Part shown: positions 12,604 to 25,902 of the stretch, in pieces
Position numbering within the stretch: the stretch's first letter is position 1
Layout: each line of letters starts with the position of its first letter
Assembly: GCA_951406725.2 (NCBI GenBank)
Contig: OX597831.1
Span: 59,458,001-59,522,000 of the forward strand
Source: Octopus vulgaris
Taxonomy: Eukaryota
Direction of reading: 5' to 3'
Length of the DNA stretch: 64,000 bases
Notes under the pieces: model-generated
Told to the model about the DNA's origin: nothing
The model's database searches: none
The model's input: only the letters and a program-made list of their open reading frames with translations
Translations under genes and position numbers: made by a program

Positions 12604-14306
12604 CACTTCCACTATTATTAATTTTTTAATTCCCTTCTTTAACTAAATATACCTGTGGTCTTCTATAATTCTAAAGTATACAATTTATAAATTTTATAAT
12701 TTTATAATTTTTATAGCTACATTTGTATAATAATGAATGGATGTGTCTAGTATTATTGGTTTCTTGTTTTTTGTATGTGGGTTTTTGTTTGTTTTTTAAG
12801 AGAAATGCAATATGACATAAAATAACATATTCATTTTGGTATTTGCCTTGTAATGTGTGATTTTTGAAGTTTTCCAATATTGCATAGTATATTGCATAGT
12901 ATATATATATATCTTGGTTAGATACCTAGCTCTGGATAATGTAATGATATTGTATAATATGTAATATATGAGAGCCTTTTGTGAGTTTGGTGGGTTTAGG
13001 TTGAGATTATAGGTTTTTTGTATGTGTTTATTTGGAAGGTTTTTATTGTATATTTGGTCTTTTTGTACTCACCTTAATTTGTATCTTATGCTATTCACTG
13101 ATAAACCTTTTTTATTTTTTTCATTTTCTCATTTACATGCATTTTGCTTTATAATTATTACCAGCCTCATATATTTAGTTTATATCTATAGTCCTCTGGA
13201 TCTGTACTTTAAACTATCCTTCCATACATATTTACTTTCAACAATATAACATATATATTCACTTTATTTTTATTTTTTATTTATTTTCCATTTTATTGTA
13301 ATATTATCAATTTTTGCATCTAGTCTTCTATTTATTTATTTATTTGCCTATTTAAGTGTAGATGTTTACATACATATCAAGTCATCTAATTTGTTACCTA
13401 TTTATTTTTTACTTATTTACTTATACTGGGGTAGTTTTATACATACATATCTATCATTTATTTTTATTTAATTTTAATAATATATGAATACATATATACT
13501 GGTTTGTACTTATAATTATGTGTATAACCGTATTTATTCCTTCGTATTTATTCCTTCTTATTTATTTTATCTCTTTTCATCTTAAGTCTTTATAATATAA
13601 AATTTATTTAAAATTTCTGTGATGTTCTCATAAGCGTTTACATTAATACTTCCCCTTCTATTCTTTAATGCCTAAACTGGTATATTATGGCACTATATTT
13701 ATTAAGTTAATAAGTGACTTATTTATAATATTTAAATTAATATATATTTTATATTTTATATTTTATAATTTAGCGTACTTAAAATCATAACAAACTTACG
13801 ATAAATCTAACAACCGTATGTTTACTCTGCAACAAACCGGTGTTATAAATTTTAAGTTACCCATGAAATAATTATCTGAATTAGTAACATACTGATATTT
13901 AAAAATATATTTATATCTAAATTAAATATTTTATGGAATACATGGATGGTTCTTTTTTGTTATTGAGGCACAGTTATAATTTTGAAGGACTAAATGTAGC
14001 ATAGTTGCTTCCCTTTTTGTTTATCTATGTGCTAGTTGTTGCTTGTGATTATGTATGTGTATAAGTGTATGTATATACATATAACTATGTGTGTATGTGC
14101 GATTGATCTGTAGATGCGTGTGTGAATATTGGCGTTCCCTGACTAACCAACCGTATAATTTTCTTTTGTGATTTAAATTTCAAACCAATAGCCAATCGAA
14201 TTAATCTAAATTTTCTTTACCTAGTGGTCAGCATTTCTTAACTCATAGTTATTTCGATCTTGAAAGGATGGACTTGGTGCTAACTTAACTGTATCTATTT
14301 TTATTA

Positions 14307-14358
<52 letters not shown>

Positions 14359-14700
14359 AGTAATTTTTATTAACTTTTATAGCTTTAGAATTTTATGAAC
14401 TGTACCACGGATTTAATTATTATTTTTCATCTCCATATGTGTTAGCCTTTTTTTTTTATAAAAAAAACTATTAGCCAAATATGTATAATATCGGTACTTA
14501 TTAATATTAATATATACACTGTTATATATTTTGTTTTATTTTGTTCTGTTTACCTTCCTTTTTTGTACAAATGTGTATTATATTATATAAGTGTAGCATT
14601 ATGATGTATAAGTTTTTATATTTTACATTTTTATATTTTTATATTTATATGTATATGATTATATAATATTTTTCACTATTATAACAAATTTAATTTAATT

Positions 14701-14808
14701 CTCTGAAGAGGCCGTGGGGCATCCTTGTTAATGCCTCATTTATACCTGCCTTTATGGCTTATAGGTTAAATGAGGTATGACTGTCCTCACTGCCGAAACA
14801 GCTGTCAG
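14701..14808 (+). ncRNA. Type-I hammerhead ribozyme with extended stem II
   Basis: CT-CTGAAGA-GGCCGTGGGGCA...TGTCCTCACTGCC-GAAA-CAGCTG-TC-AG; canonical core, palindromic stem III, predicted cleavage after C14806. Confidence 0.88.
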
Positions 14809-15172
14809 TTTTGATTTATTTGCATATTATATTTGAAATTTTTTACTTATATCTCTTTATCTTTTTACTATTACTGTATATCTCATTTCATTTTATATAT
14901 TGCCTTTACTCATATGTAATGGTGTATTAAAGTATGGATTGAGTATCATCGGATAGTTGATGTTTTACTGATTTAAGTATGTTTCTCCATTCTCTAATTT
15001 TGTAGTATTAATTTACGGTAATATTATTACCTTTACCCATATAATACAATAGATGAACTGATTGTTTGACAATTTTTAACATCTATGTATTAATTTTATT
15101 GGGCACCTATCTAGCAGTATATTGGATATATATTATCCCATGGTGGGTTGAATTTTCAACCCCTATCTCATT

Positions 15173-15177
<5 letters not shown>

Positions 15178-15243
<66 letters not shown>
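15178..15243. repeat. (TA)n
   Basis: Direct reading. Confidence 0.95.
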
Positions 15244-15245
<2 letters not shown>

Positions 15246-15251
15246 TTAAGA

Positions 15252-15978
15252 ATTGGAAAAAATAATAGAAACACCGAGCATTATAGCATTTTAAAATTGA
15301 AATATCTATAAAGCTGTCAAAAGTTTGTTTATGTTTATGTTTTTTGATAAATTACTATTGTTGCTTATTACGTCTAGCTAAAATTGCTGTTGCTTTTCAG
15401 ATATCATCCGAAACAGTAATTAAAATTCATTAGAATCACAGCTCTATCGGACTTTCAAAGAGGTTAAATTGTTGGTGCTCGTATGGCAGACGCTAGCGTA
15501 ACGAAAACAGCCGAAATGATTGATGTATCAAGAAGTACTGCCTCGAAACTGCCTCTTTGAGAAAGAAGGAAAAACCTTGAAACAAAACTCCAGAGGAAAA
15601 CCAAAACTTTCTGATAAGGACCTTCGGATTCTCACGCGAATTGTTAGAAAGGGTCACAAATATATAGCTCCCAAAATTACTACAGAGCTTGATGACAACC
15701 TTGAGAACCCTAGTTTCCGCAAAAACTCTTCGCCGTGAGCTGCACAAAGCCGGATTTCACGGGAGGGCTGTAATCAAAAAAAGACTACATTCAAAATTAA
15801 ACGTTGCAAAGCGTATAGTGTGGAGTAAAAATCTACAGAATTGGTCCCTAGAGCAGTGGAAGAATGTTATTTTCTCGGAGGAGTCTTCCTTTACTTTATT
15901 TCGGACCCCCGGCCGAGTATACGTGTGGAGACAGCCAAATGAAATATTTGATCCAGACTGCCTTCTTCCAACTGTTAA
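15252..15978 (+). mobile_element. Tc1 element 5' half (family of 436-1688)
   Basis: Partial TIR TTGGAAAAAATAATAGAAACAC; SAKTLRRELHKAGFHGR..WKNVIFSEESSFTLF..GRVYVWR..DPDCLLPTV. Confidence 0.93.
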
Positions 15979-15979
15979 C

Positions 15980-16190
15980 GAAAATAATTTATACATATGT
16001 GATGGTAATAGAAGCAAAGATAGTAAGACTTACATTAAATTTTGTTCTTCACCCCTCTCTAATTGCCTAACGAAACTAACCAGTCTATTACAATGAAACC
16101 GCTCCCCAACGAAATTACTAGCGCAAGAACAAAATTTAATGTGAGACTATCTTTGCTTCTATTACCATCACATATGTATCAATTATTTTC
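15980..16190. repeat. Fold-back: about 70-bp inverted arms, about 75-bp spacer
   Basis: GAAAATAATTTATACATATGTGATGGTAATAGAAGCAAAGATAGT..TTTTGTTCTT (15980-16049) pairs with 16125-16190. Confidence 0.9.
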
Positions 16191-16366
16191 CCCTCCTTAC
16201 CTATGTATCTATCTATCTATCTACGACGAGTATCCCCTTTTTATTAGATACATTTTCTTCTCTTATATAACATAAAATACGGTCTAACAACCGAACCACC
16301 TGCTACCCTACAGCTTTACTACCCAGTTAATAACCAGGAGTGACTTTGGATTTAAGTATCCCTTAG

Positions 16367-16407
<41 letters not shown>

Positions 16408-16411
<4 letters not shown>

Positions 16412-16951
16412 TGCTGCACAAAATAATGGAAACGTTAAAATTTCAAACAAATTTATTTTTATATGAGGTAGGACCAATTTTTGGGCAGTAATTACAGCTT
16501 GGATTCTACGAAGTATGGACTCGTACAAAATTTGAATAGTTTCCAAAGGAAATTTTGTCTATTCTTTAGCGAAAACAGTCTCTATTTCTTGTAGTGATGA
16601 TGGTGGATGATATCGACTCCTTACTTGTGTTTTCTAAATTGAAATATAAAAGCTTAATAATATTGAGATCTGGGGACTGCGGTGGCCAGATAAGATGTTC
16701 AACTTCACTAGAATGTTCCTCGTGTCATTCACTAACAACTTTAGCTTTGTGAATTGGTTCATAATCATCCTGAAAGAATGCGTTCCATTCTGGACACAGT
16801 TCCGCAAACATAAGGTGAATTTGATCTGGTAAAATGATTAAATAGTTTTGACTATTAATTCTGCCTAGAAGAGAAACCATTGGGCGGACAGTTTTCCTAT
16901 ATGTAGCCACAAAACCGTCAGATCATCACAGATGATCCTCCATGTTTAACA
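16408..16951 (-). mobile_element. Tc1 element 3' half, inverted relative to the 5' half
   Basis: TIR CAGATGCTGCACAAAATAATGGAAAC next to (TA)n; minus strand VKHGGSSVMI..FFQDDYEPIHKAK..WPPQSPDLNII. Confidence 0.93.
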
Positions 16952-17266
16952 TTACAAGCTACCAAACAAGATTGAAACTGACTTTTAATGTATTATAGAT
17001 AAGTACATATATTGTATGTAATCATTTTATTAATTTGCCTGTATTTCATCTGCGTGACGTTCTGAGTTCAAATTCTGTAATAATATGCACGTCCACAAAT
17101 TAGCACGGATGCCGCTCTAATTGTAGGACATTCGTCACCACCTACCAGGTTTTTGTTTCTCTAAAGGGTTTTGTTTTTATTTTACGCCTAGGGAAAAGTG
17201 TTTTGTTGACAATCCATTTATTTAACAACAAAGAAACAAAGAGGTAGGTAACAGTTTGCCAGTCAA

Positions 17267-18304
17267 TCTTTATATATATAAAACTGAGGATGTGTGTGTG
17301 TGTGTCTGTCTGTCTGTCTGAGTGTTTCCCTAAAACTTGAGAACCACACAACCAATTTCATTCAAATTTTACACATGCCTTACTTAAGGTCCATGTAGTT
17401 TCATGGGCAAAAAAATGTTCAACCTCTTGCCTAGAGCGAGCCCAGAGCAATATCATATCTTCTCCACTAATTCAGTATTACGTGTTAAAAGTGAAACTTT
17501 CACTTTAACAATAAAAATAATAATAGCAATTGAATTATATGTAGTAAGTAATAATTAAAATCAAACTAAAGTATAATATAAGCATACCATAACAAAAGTA
17601 ATAGCAATTGGTATAAAATTATACCAATAGCAATTGGTATAAAATTGCATCAATGATTTGAACCTGAATAAGTGGTTTCGCATGAATGGAAATAAATTAA
17701 AAATACAATTAGCGTGCAGAAATGGAATAGTCCAGAAGGATAATCAAAAATTAAATTAAAGAAAAGACTATTGTCTATAAAGTATACAATGTAAAGAAAA
17801 AAGAAGATTTGAATACATGGAGGAAAGCACCTTCGAAAAGTGTCTTGGTGCGACTATGAAAGGTATCTAATCAGAGGCGGTAAATTCGCCACAATAGAAG
17901 CAAGGTTCGAGTCAACGGAGCGTGCAAGGGAGTACTCGACTCGAACTTGCAAAGTGGAAATACTTTATTTTTACCTTTATATCTGAGACGTAGGACGTCC
18001 CGGAAAAAAAGTTAAATTGACCCCCTCCCACAGAAGTAGAGGTAGGCTGTATTGTAGTCACACTTCTATATAAGAGGGGGGACAAGATACAATTGATCGA
18101 AATTAGAAGAGACGGGCTAACAATTCCAGTCTGTAATATATTTTGAGTATTGTTATCACTAGCGATATCAAGGTATAACTTTGTATTTTGTATTTTATGT
18201 GTAGATGTATATATATAGATGTACATGTAATATGTACACATATATATACACATATATACATGCGCTAGCACTATGACCCGGCAACGACGGGTCTTTAATG
18301 CTAG
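17267..18304 (+). mobile_element. Non-autonomous Helitron, about 1.04 kb
   Basis: A|TCTTTATATATATAAAAC start; 3' hairpin GACCCGGCAACGACGGGTC followed by CTAG|T. Confidence 0.88.
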
Positions 18305-19305
18305 TTACACAATATAAATGTGTACAATTTCCAAGGCATCCACCACACCCCACTCCGTTTTACGGACTACAGAAGGGTTTTGCAGCATATTAGGAGGCCA
18401 GAGTAGTTGATTCCACGCAAAAAACTGTTTTTTTTTCATTTTGCAAAAATCGTGCGAGTGTTAATCTACACATTTACCAACATTTTTTTATTCATATCTG
18501 TTTTTGAACATGTATGCGTGCAAAAAACATATGCAATAGCTGTACGTACGTACGTGTGTGTATGTGTGTTTGTGTGTGTTGTCCATATATATTTATATTA
18601 CATCATATTATATTTGACGTCGATATTACTTGATTAGCTTAATAATCATAACTTAATACTGCTCAAAGCTGGCTTATACTGCTTGTATATATATATATAT
18701 ATATACATACCCCACATTTATATGTGTGTGTATATATATATATTTAACAGTATATATACACACACATGTGTGTGTGAGTGTGTATTGAAAATTCCGCTTG
18801 ATGTACACTTTGTTTGTTCCGCTGAAGCAATGTCAAATATGTTAAGAAACTGCTCCCTAAGACTTTGTTTAGTTTGAATTATACAGTAGACAACATTCAA
18901 AATATGACCAACAGAATTCACTGAAATAATTTGTGTGGTGACGTAAAGTGCAATAAACATTGAAATAAATTTATTATATGATGCACCGATGATAATGATT
19001 ACAATGATTGTATTGCAGATATAGCTAGGAATCAAAAAATGCTGACGGCGAAATACGGACCATGACATGGAAATATATAAATTTGAGGATTATGTGAATA
19101 CGTAATGCCCTTGTGATAAACAATAGTTACTTATGCAAGAAATCCAATGTCTGTTTGCTACGTTGTTTTGCCAAGCATATTTCAAATGTCAACATTTTGC
19201 CTCTCCTAGTTGATCCTGTATTATTTATTTGAAGAAGACCTATCTCTAGTTCTGGCAAAACGTCTATGCGCATACAAATGTGAATGGTATTTCCATTGTA
19301 AATCG

Positions 19306-19380
<75 letters not shown>

Positions 19381-19386
<6 letters not shown>

Positions 19387-19530
19387 CGTGATAAGATGCT
19401 TGCTTCCCAACAGCAGCAATCCGGGTTCAGTACTACTGTGTGACATCCTGAGCAAGTGTCTTCTACTATAGCACTCGAGCAGGCCAAAGCCCTGTGAGTG
19501 GACTTGGTAGATGGAAGCTGAAAGGATGTC

Positions 19531-19564
<34 letters not shown>

Positions 19565-19602
19565 GTATAAATATATATGTATATATATATGTATATATAT
19601 TT

Positions 19603-19645
<43 letters not shown>

Positions 19646-19692
19646 TGTGTGTGTGCATTTGTGCGTCTTTGTTTTCCATCCCCCGCCGTCTT
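19381..19692 (+). mobile_element. tRNA-derived CORE-like SINE with internal microsatellite, degenerate
   Basis: GGGTTCAGT..CTGAGCAAGTGTCTTCTACTATAGC..CCAAAGCCCTGTGAGTGGA; same family as 35698-36116. Confidence 0.8.
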
Positions 19693-19699
19693 CAACTTC

Positions 19700-20160
19700 G
19701 CCAAGATCTTCCAGTCGATAATTTGGTTGTCTTCCTTTAATCCCAGCGTCTGAAGCTTAAGGTGTGATATTTGAACCTGGCTTTAAAACTTACCCCTTTG
19801 AGAGCCATAAATTTCTTTGACGAAATTATGTCCTTAGTGGTTTATAGAGTCTACCGTGGCTTCATAAATGATGGCCTCGGTCATACAAGCTGTATTTAGC
19901 GGGCACAGACTTTTAAATCTGCAGGAACAACCGGCTTCATTTTGTTGTTTTTGTTTGTTGTGTGCAATAATATTTTTAAAGTTAGTAGTAGAACTAAAAC
20001 TAATTTTGAAGTTGTGCCCATTAAAGAACTTTCTATAATTATGATTGATTGAAGAATTATCTACCTATATTAAAGGTTACTTCGAGTGAGAAAGGTGGTG
20101 TGAACCAAATAATTTTTCTATTCTTATTTTTCCTTTACTTATATGCCGGAGCAGATTTCA
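19700..20160 (-). mobile_element. Decayed PLE fragment (thumb/GIY-YIG, YRDD lineage)
   Basis: Minus strand NKNRKIIWFTPPFSL (about 20085-20130) and CSCRFKSLCPLNTACMTEAIIYEATV (about 19850-19930). Confidence 0.75.
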
Positions 20161-20299
20161 GCACCTGTATCCGAAACTTTTAGTTTTATTATGGCACTCA
20201 ACTAATTGTGACATATATTTATAGATAAATTCCTCTATTTTGCTTAATATCATGGTCTCATTCATTCTGTTGTTGTCGTATTATTATTATTATTATTAA

Positions 20300-20535
<236 letters not shown>

Positions 20536-22866
20536 TCATATTTGTCTATCAATCTATCTATGATGAACGTTTTTGCAGGTTCTAAAACTGTATGCGCATT
20601 TTCAATTCACCATGCGTGTACTAAGATGTAATATCGTGCATTTCTTTCAAAATTCGATGTATTGATATTGACGTATCATCCTGTATAAATGTACAAAACC
20701 ATGACGTAAAAAGTCAACTAGCCATTAATGGAATTTATATCGTTTGTATGACAATAATGGTAACGCCATATATGTATACACACACACAGAGTTATAATTA
20801 TAAAGGCTGTATGATATTTAAAACTTAGTGTTAATTAATAATATTGTTGACGCTTTATTATATAATTTGAAAATTCGAAAGCAACTTAATACACGCGCTT
20901 GCTATCGTGCTTTATTGTGACCGCTGTAAAATACGTATCCATTGAAGCATCTTCGTCCACTTGAAAAATTGTATCAATGTTTTATTATTTCGAAGTTATT
21001 TGAAATTTTATGTAATTACTGTATGATGTATATGACGTATATATTTATTAAGAATACTTGTCCAAAACATTCCTAATCTTTAAAGTTCCTAAGTACTGAT
21101 ATTGAGCATAAAACACTTCTGGAATGGAAAATTATTTGCTCTAATTAATTGCATAAGAAAACCTGAAGATCATTCAGAAATCTGATAACAAATATAATAC
21201 TATAGGCATTACTAAAACTTTAAAATAACGTTATGAGTTATCGTATTTGATGACAATAATAACTTCATAATATAAATTCGCTTGCACCAACTGAATGAAT
21301 ATATCAGAGTTTTATGACTCCCTCTCTCATACTAACCAAAAGCGTCAAGTTGTCTTAAAGTGTCTCATTTAGAGTCTCTTAATAATATATATGGTATATA
21401 TACTTGCTTCATTCTACCTCTTAGTTTATATTGAGTATTACTATTTGTTCTGTATTGAAACCGAAGTACATAGCTTTTATTCTCCAATAATGCGAAATTA
21501 ATTTCAGTCAATAACAAATATAATGATTTTTGAAAATGTATTTTACTACATGTTTACGAAACCTGACACACGTAATTGAACTTATAGATTATATATAAAT
21601 AAAAAAGTAAATTGAATATTGGTGACTTGGAATCAGATATAAATAAAGTAGTTACAATTTAGCCTTAGGAAAACCAATGATGCAGTCTGTAGAATATTTC
21701 TGAATCAATTGTACTTAGAGTAAACGGGATTCTAAATCCTTCAACTTGGCTTACATGTATTTATAGTAAAGTTAAGCCATTGGATATTTTAGATCAATAG
21801 CTAACCTTCTTTACCTCGTATTATGAACATTCTGAAAATATATTCAGTTCATCTGGGAAAACTGTCAGGAAGGATCGTAAACTTTTACTTTCTTTAATAT
21901 AACACAGGTGACATTCAAGACCACCTAGCGAGTTTGGATTTGTTTTTATCTCCTCTGGAGTTGCTACTTATTTGGAAACCAAGAAATATAATCTATTAAA
22001 GTCTCTCAATAATCTCTAAGAATTCGAAGATATATGGAGGATTACTATCCACATCAAAATAGAGCTCTTCATAATTCTTAAGCTAATCATATTTAACTAT
22101 AAAGTGCCTTGCTGGTTGCACGTTGTGTAGAATAATGCGGGGAAGTTGACTTAAGATACATCTATTATGTTAGTACATGTTTAGACAAGAAGTAGAAAGC
22201 CATAGACTACCTCTGTATATGAAATAATATCAAAAAATAAACCTAAGTCGGAGATTAGTAATCTTGTTGTCACCGTGTTGTTCTTAACTATAACGTTCTC
22301 ATATGTAAGATTTAGTAAAAAAATTACAGTAAACAATCAGTAGTTCTAATGGGTTCTTAGCCCCCAAATGCCAGAATGTATTTATTATCAGGAATAGTAT
22401 TTACATATATACTAAGTTACTGTCTTTACAGAGCATTTAGATAATTTTACAGAATATTCGTACACAAAATAGCACTCGTTGTTTGAATATTGTTAGTACC
22501 AGAAATATAGAATAGCTCTCTAGAATGAATTATGTGATGCCGTTGATATATGTCATAGACTGATAAAGCTACACATTTTAAGATGCATGAGACATGTCAC
22601 TTTATATTTCAATATTATTTTGATGACATTCGCATTCTGTAATCATGATATAAACAGCGAAGATTTTATAACGTCTCACATCTGCATTTAACATCTTACC
22701 CACTTAAAACAGATAGGGTGTCATGTCTGGAATACATTTTGATCATAGGCCTCATGAATCAGGAAAATGTCTGGGACTGAAAGGTAAAAAAGAAACTACT
22801 TATTGAATTTATCCATAGTTGTTTTATATACGGAGATGACTTGATCTGAGATCGTGTGCTGGAAGG

Positions 22867-23159
22867 AAAACAATTGCAGCGTGGAAGGTGTTTATAAGCC
22901 ATTTAAGAAACACACACAACCGTTAGATTCACTTCAACATTTAAATTTAATTTGTCAAAATATTTTTATCGCTTTGAGACCGCGACTTGTTCACTGAGGG
23001 TTAGGGTTAGATGCAGTACGAAGCTTTGTCAGTGAACAGGTCGCGGTCTCAAAGCGACGAAAATATTTTGACAAATTAAATTTAAATGTTGAAGTGAATC
23101 TAACGCTTTTGTGTGTTTCTTAAGCGGCTTATAAACACCTTCCACGCTGCAATTGTTTT
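22867..23159. repeat. Near-perfect 130-bp inverted repeat with GGGTTAGGGTTAG in the spacer
   Basis: Arms 22867-22997 and 23029-23159; 31-bp spacer. Confidence 0.95.
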
Positions 23160-23559
23160 TCATAACATTTTATAAATTTGGTCGTTTATGAAATTTCAAC
23201 AGATTTAGCAATTTTTGTCTCTACAACACGCTAAGAAAATTTACAGCAGATTTAAAAAAAAAAACAATGAAACATTAAAGCGTGAAATCATCATCAGAGT
23301 ATATATTCATTCAAAAATATAATAAAATTTCGTATCGATTTAAGTTTCCTTACTCTATTCAGATATGTTTTTCATGTGTATGTTTACAAAGTAGACAATT
23401 AAAAATATCGCATTTTAAAATACATGGATGAGAAAATGAGTAAGTATGATTTTATCTGTATTTTCAGGACCTAAAGTAAGGTACTGAAGCAAATGCTATA
23501 ACCAAAGAAGTATATCCAAAATATTCAAACTTAATAGTCCTATGTTTACACTTCCAACT

Positions 23560-23969
23560 TACTCTTTTATTTGTTTCAGTCATGTAACTGTGGCTATGCA
23601 GGAGCACCTCTTTTATCGATCAAATCGACACCAGGACTTATTCTTTGTAAGCCTAGTACTTATTCTATCGGTCTCTTTTGCCGAACTGATTTGTTACGGG
23701 GGCGTAAACACTTCAGCATCGGTTGTCACGCGATGTTTGGTGGTGGTGGTGGGGGTAATACAGACACACAAACATATACACACATGCATATATATCTATA
23801 CATATATATGACGGGCCCCTTTCAGTTTCCGACTAACAAATCCACTCACAAGGCTTTGGTCGGCCCGGGACTATAGTAGAAGACACTTGCTCACGATGCC
23901 ACACAGTGGGACTGAACCTGGGACCATGTGGTTCGTGAGAAAGCTACTTACCACAAAGCCACTCCTGTT
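23560..23969 (-). mobile_element. tRNA-derived CORE-like SINE
   Basis: Minus strand AGGAGTGGCTTTGTGGTAAGTAGCT..GGTTCAGTCCCACTG..GCAAGTGTCTTCTACTATAG. Confidence 0.88.
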
Positions 23970-24294
23970 CACTTATTCAATTCCATTTATGAAATATGAA
24001 TAAACAAACCTTCAGCTGAGGTCATGCATATGACCCAAACGTCCATTAGTGGTCTACACTAAATGACAAGGTTCTGGTCTCAACATTATTTACAGTATTA
24101 CGAAAGACATGTTATCAAATAAATACAACTCAATTTCTGATATTACTACAATTATAAAACAGAATCTGATGTTAGATGTCTTGATGTTAACCCTAATTAG
24201 ATTTACACGATACAGAATAAAACTGAAAAATAATATTTAATCATAAGTTTGATTGATATAAATTTTAAGGGTCTTACAGCTCTTAGGATACACA

Positions 24295-24500
24295 CTCATA
24301 CCTACCTACCTACGTACATACCTACATACCAACCTACCTACCTACCTACATACATGCATACATATCTAGCTACCTACATATCTACCTGCCTGCCTGCATA
24401 ATACCTGCCTGCCGGCATAATACCTGCCTGCCTACCTATCTACCTCCCTCGGTCCCCCTCTTTCACGCATTCCCTCCGTACCTACTTCCCTCCCTACCTA

Positions 24501-24562
<62 letters not shown>

Positions 24563-24592
24563 TTATCTATCTGTGTCTATGTATAGATATAG

Positions 24593-24637
<45 letters not shown>
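24295..24637. repeat. (TACC)n/(TGCC)n/(TATC)n/(CT)n/(TA)n compound microsatellite
   Basis: Direct reading. Confidence 0.92.
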
Positions 24638-24638
<1 letters not shown>

Positions 24639-25224
24639 CATTCAACGCACATTCATAATGTATGCGATCTGTTTCATTGCCAGCTTGACACCGAATAGCG
24701 CTTAATGGACGACCTCATCATAACGCTGTTTTTTAAAACACCTGAAGGTCATAGGTAAGCGAGACAGCTGGCCTCCAATCGAATCTAGGTGTAGCGGATA
24801 CTGATATTTCGCCAATTTTTTACCTGAATTGTATTGAATTTAATCTTACGTAACCATCGCAGTGGTATGCCAGCAAGTAGTTCTTACACGATTTATATTT
24901 AGCTCTGGATTTGTGATGCCATTCGTCCCCGGTTCGATTCAGGTTCGTGACGTTGATAAGCTACAAAAATATTGAAATATCGTTATCCATTTTCCTGAAT
25001 TCGATCAGAGGTGAGTTGATTGCTTCTCTATGAGTTTTACGGGCTTTACCATCCACACTTACGAGGGAGTCGTCCTTCAAGAGCCATAATGCAGTGAACC
25101 AGTGGAGAAAGAAACTCATACTGTGAGTATGTACAGTGTATAATGTTTGCAGCACTAGAGCTGCTTTAATTTGTCATTCAATTTACATGCATATATAAAA
25201 ACATAGATACATACATACACACAC

Positions 25225-25241
25225 ACACGCACGCACACTCA

Positions 25242-25336
<95 letters not shown>
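25225..25336. repeat. (TA)n
   Basis: Direct reading. Confidence 0.95.
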
Positions 25337-25339
<3 letters not shown>

Positions 25340-25664
25340 TACACACACACTCACATGCACAAAGAAACATATATATATATATATATATAGAAGACGAGGT
25401 ATACTGCTCAATGGGCAATGACCATTATTTATACCTTGTTTGTATATAATTGTGTGAAAAGGACTAGTTTGCATGGAGTGGAACCACGGATTTACAATAC
25501 AAAATGGTAATGAACTATGACCTCGGAGCCTGCCATAAGAATACACAGAGTTCTTTACTAATCTAGACAATATTGTTTTTAAGGAGTGCCAACAGAGAGC
25601 TTATGAAATACATTACCCGGTTGATAATTCCTCGCAAATAACTCTTTCTGATGTATATATATAT

Positions 25665-25902
25665 AAAGGGGAACAGGATCCCATCAACTTTAAACGGAGT
25701 CTGGATAGATTCCTTCAAGGAATACCAGATAAGCCACCCATAATTGGATACAACTCACTCAACACAAACTCACTACTTGAATGGACCATAAGCAAAACTT
25801 GACTTAAACAGGATTCAAATAATCCTATCAGGTGGTGCTATTAAGTTAGACATGGCCTGGACCAATCATTGGTCGAAACACATCTGAGTTTATCTAAGTT
25901 TA
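25665..25902 (+). mobile_element. LINE 3' end (CR1/L2-group-like), 5'-truncated
   Basis: Translates FKRSLDRFLQGIPDKPPIIGYNSLNTNSLLEW, a typical ORF2 C-terminus; 3' stem-loop GACCAATCATTGGTC; tandem tail TCTGAGTTTA TCTAAGTTTA. Confidence 0.7.

Larger units (their letters stand above)
10764..15178 (+). mobile_element. 5'-truncated Penelope-like retroelement (YRDD lineage) with long AT-rich 3' region and HHR
   Basis: Begins after (CT)n; RT and GIY-YIG relics to about 12600; HHR at 14701; ends at (TA)n 15178. Inclusion of 12600-15178 is inferred. Confidence 0.8.

Noticed and set aside
21162-21190. CTGAAGA..GAAA..TA hammerhead-like spacing
   Set aside because: No stem I and no credible stem II.
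23029-23062. Possible ribozyme core in the palindrome arm (CAGTGAACAGG..CAAAGCGACGAAA)
   Set aside because: Does not match CUGANGA/GAAA geometry.
24890-24952. tRNA-like GGTTCGATTC segment
   Set aside because: No A box or cloverleaf can be built.
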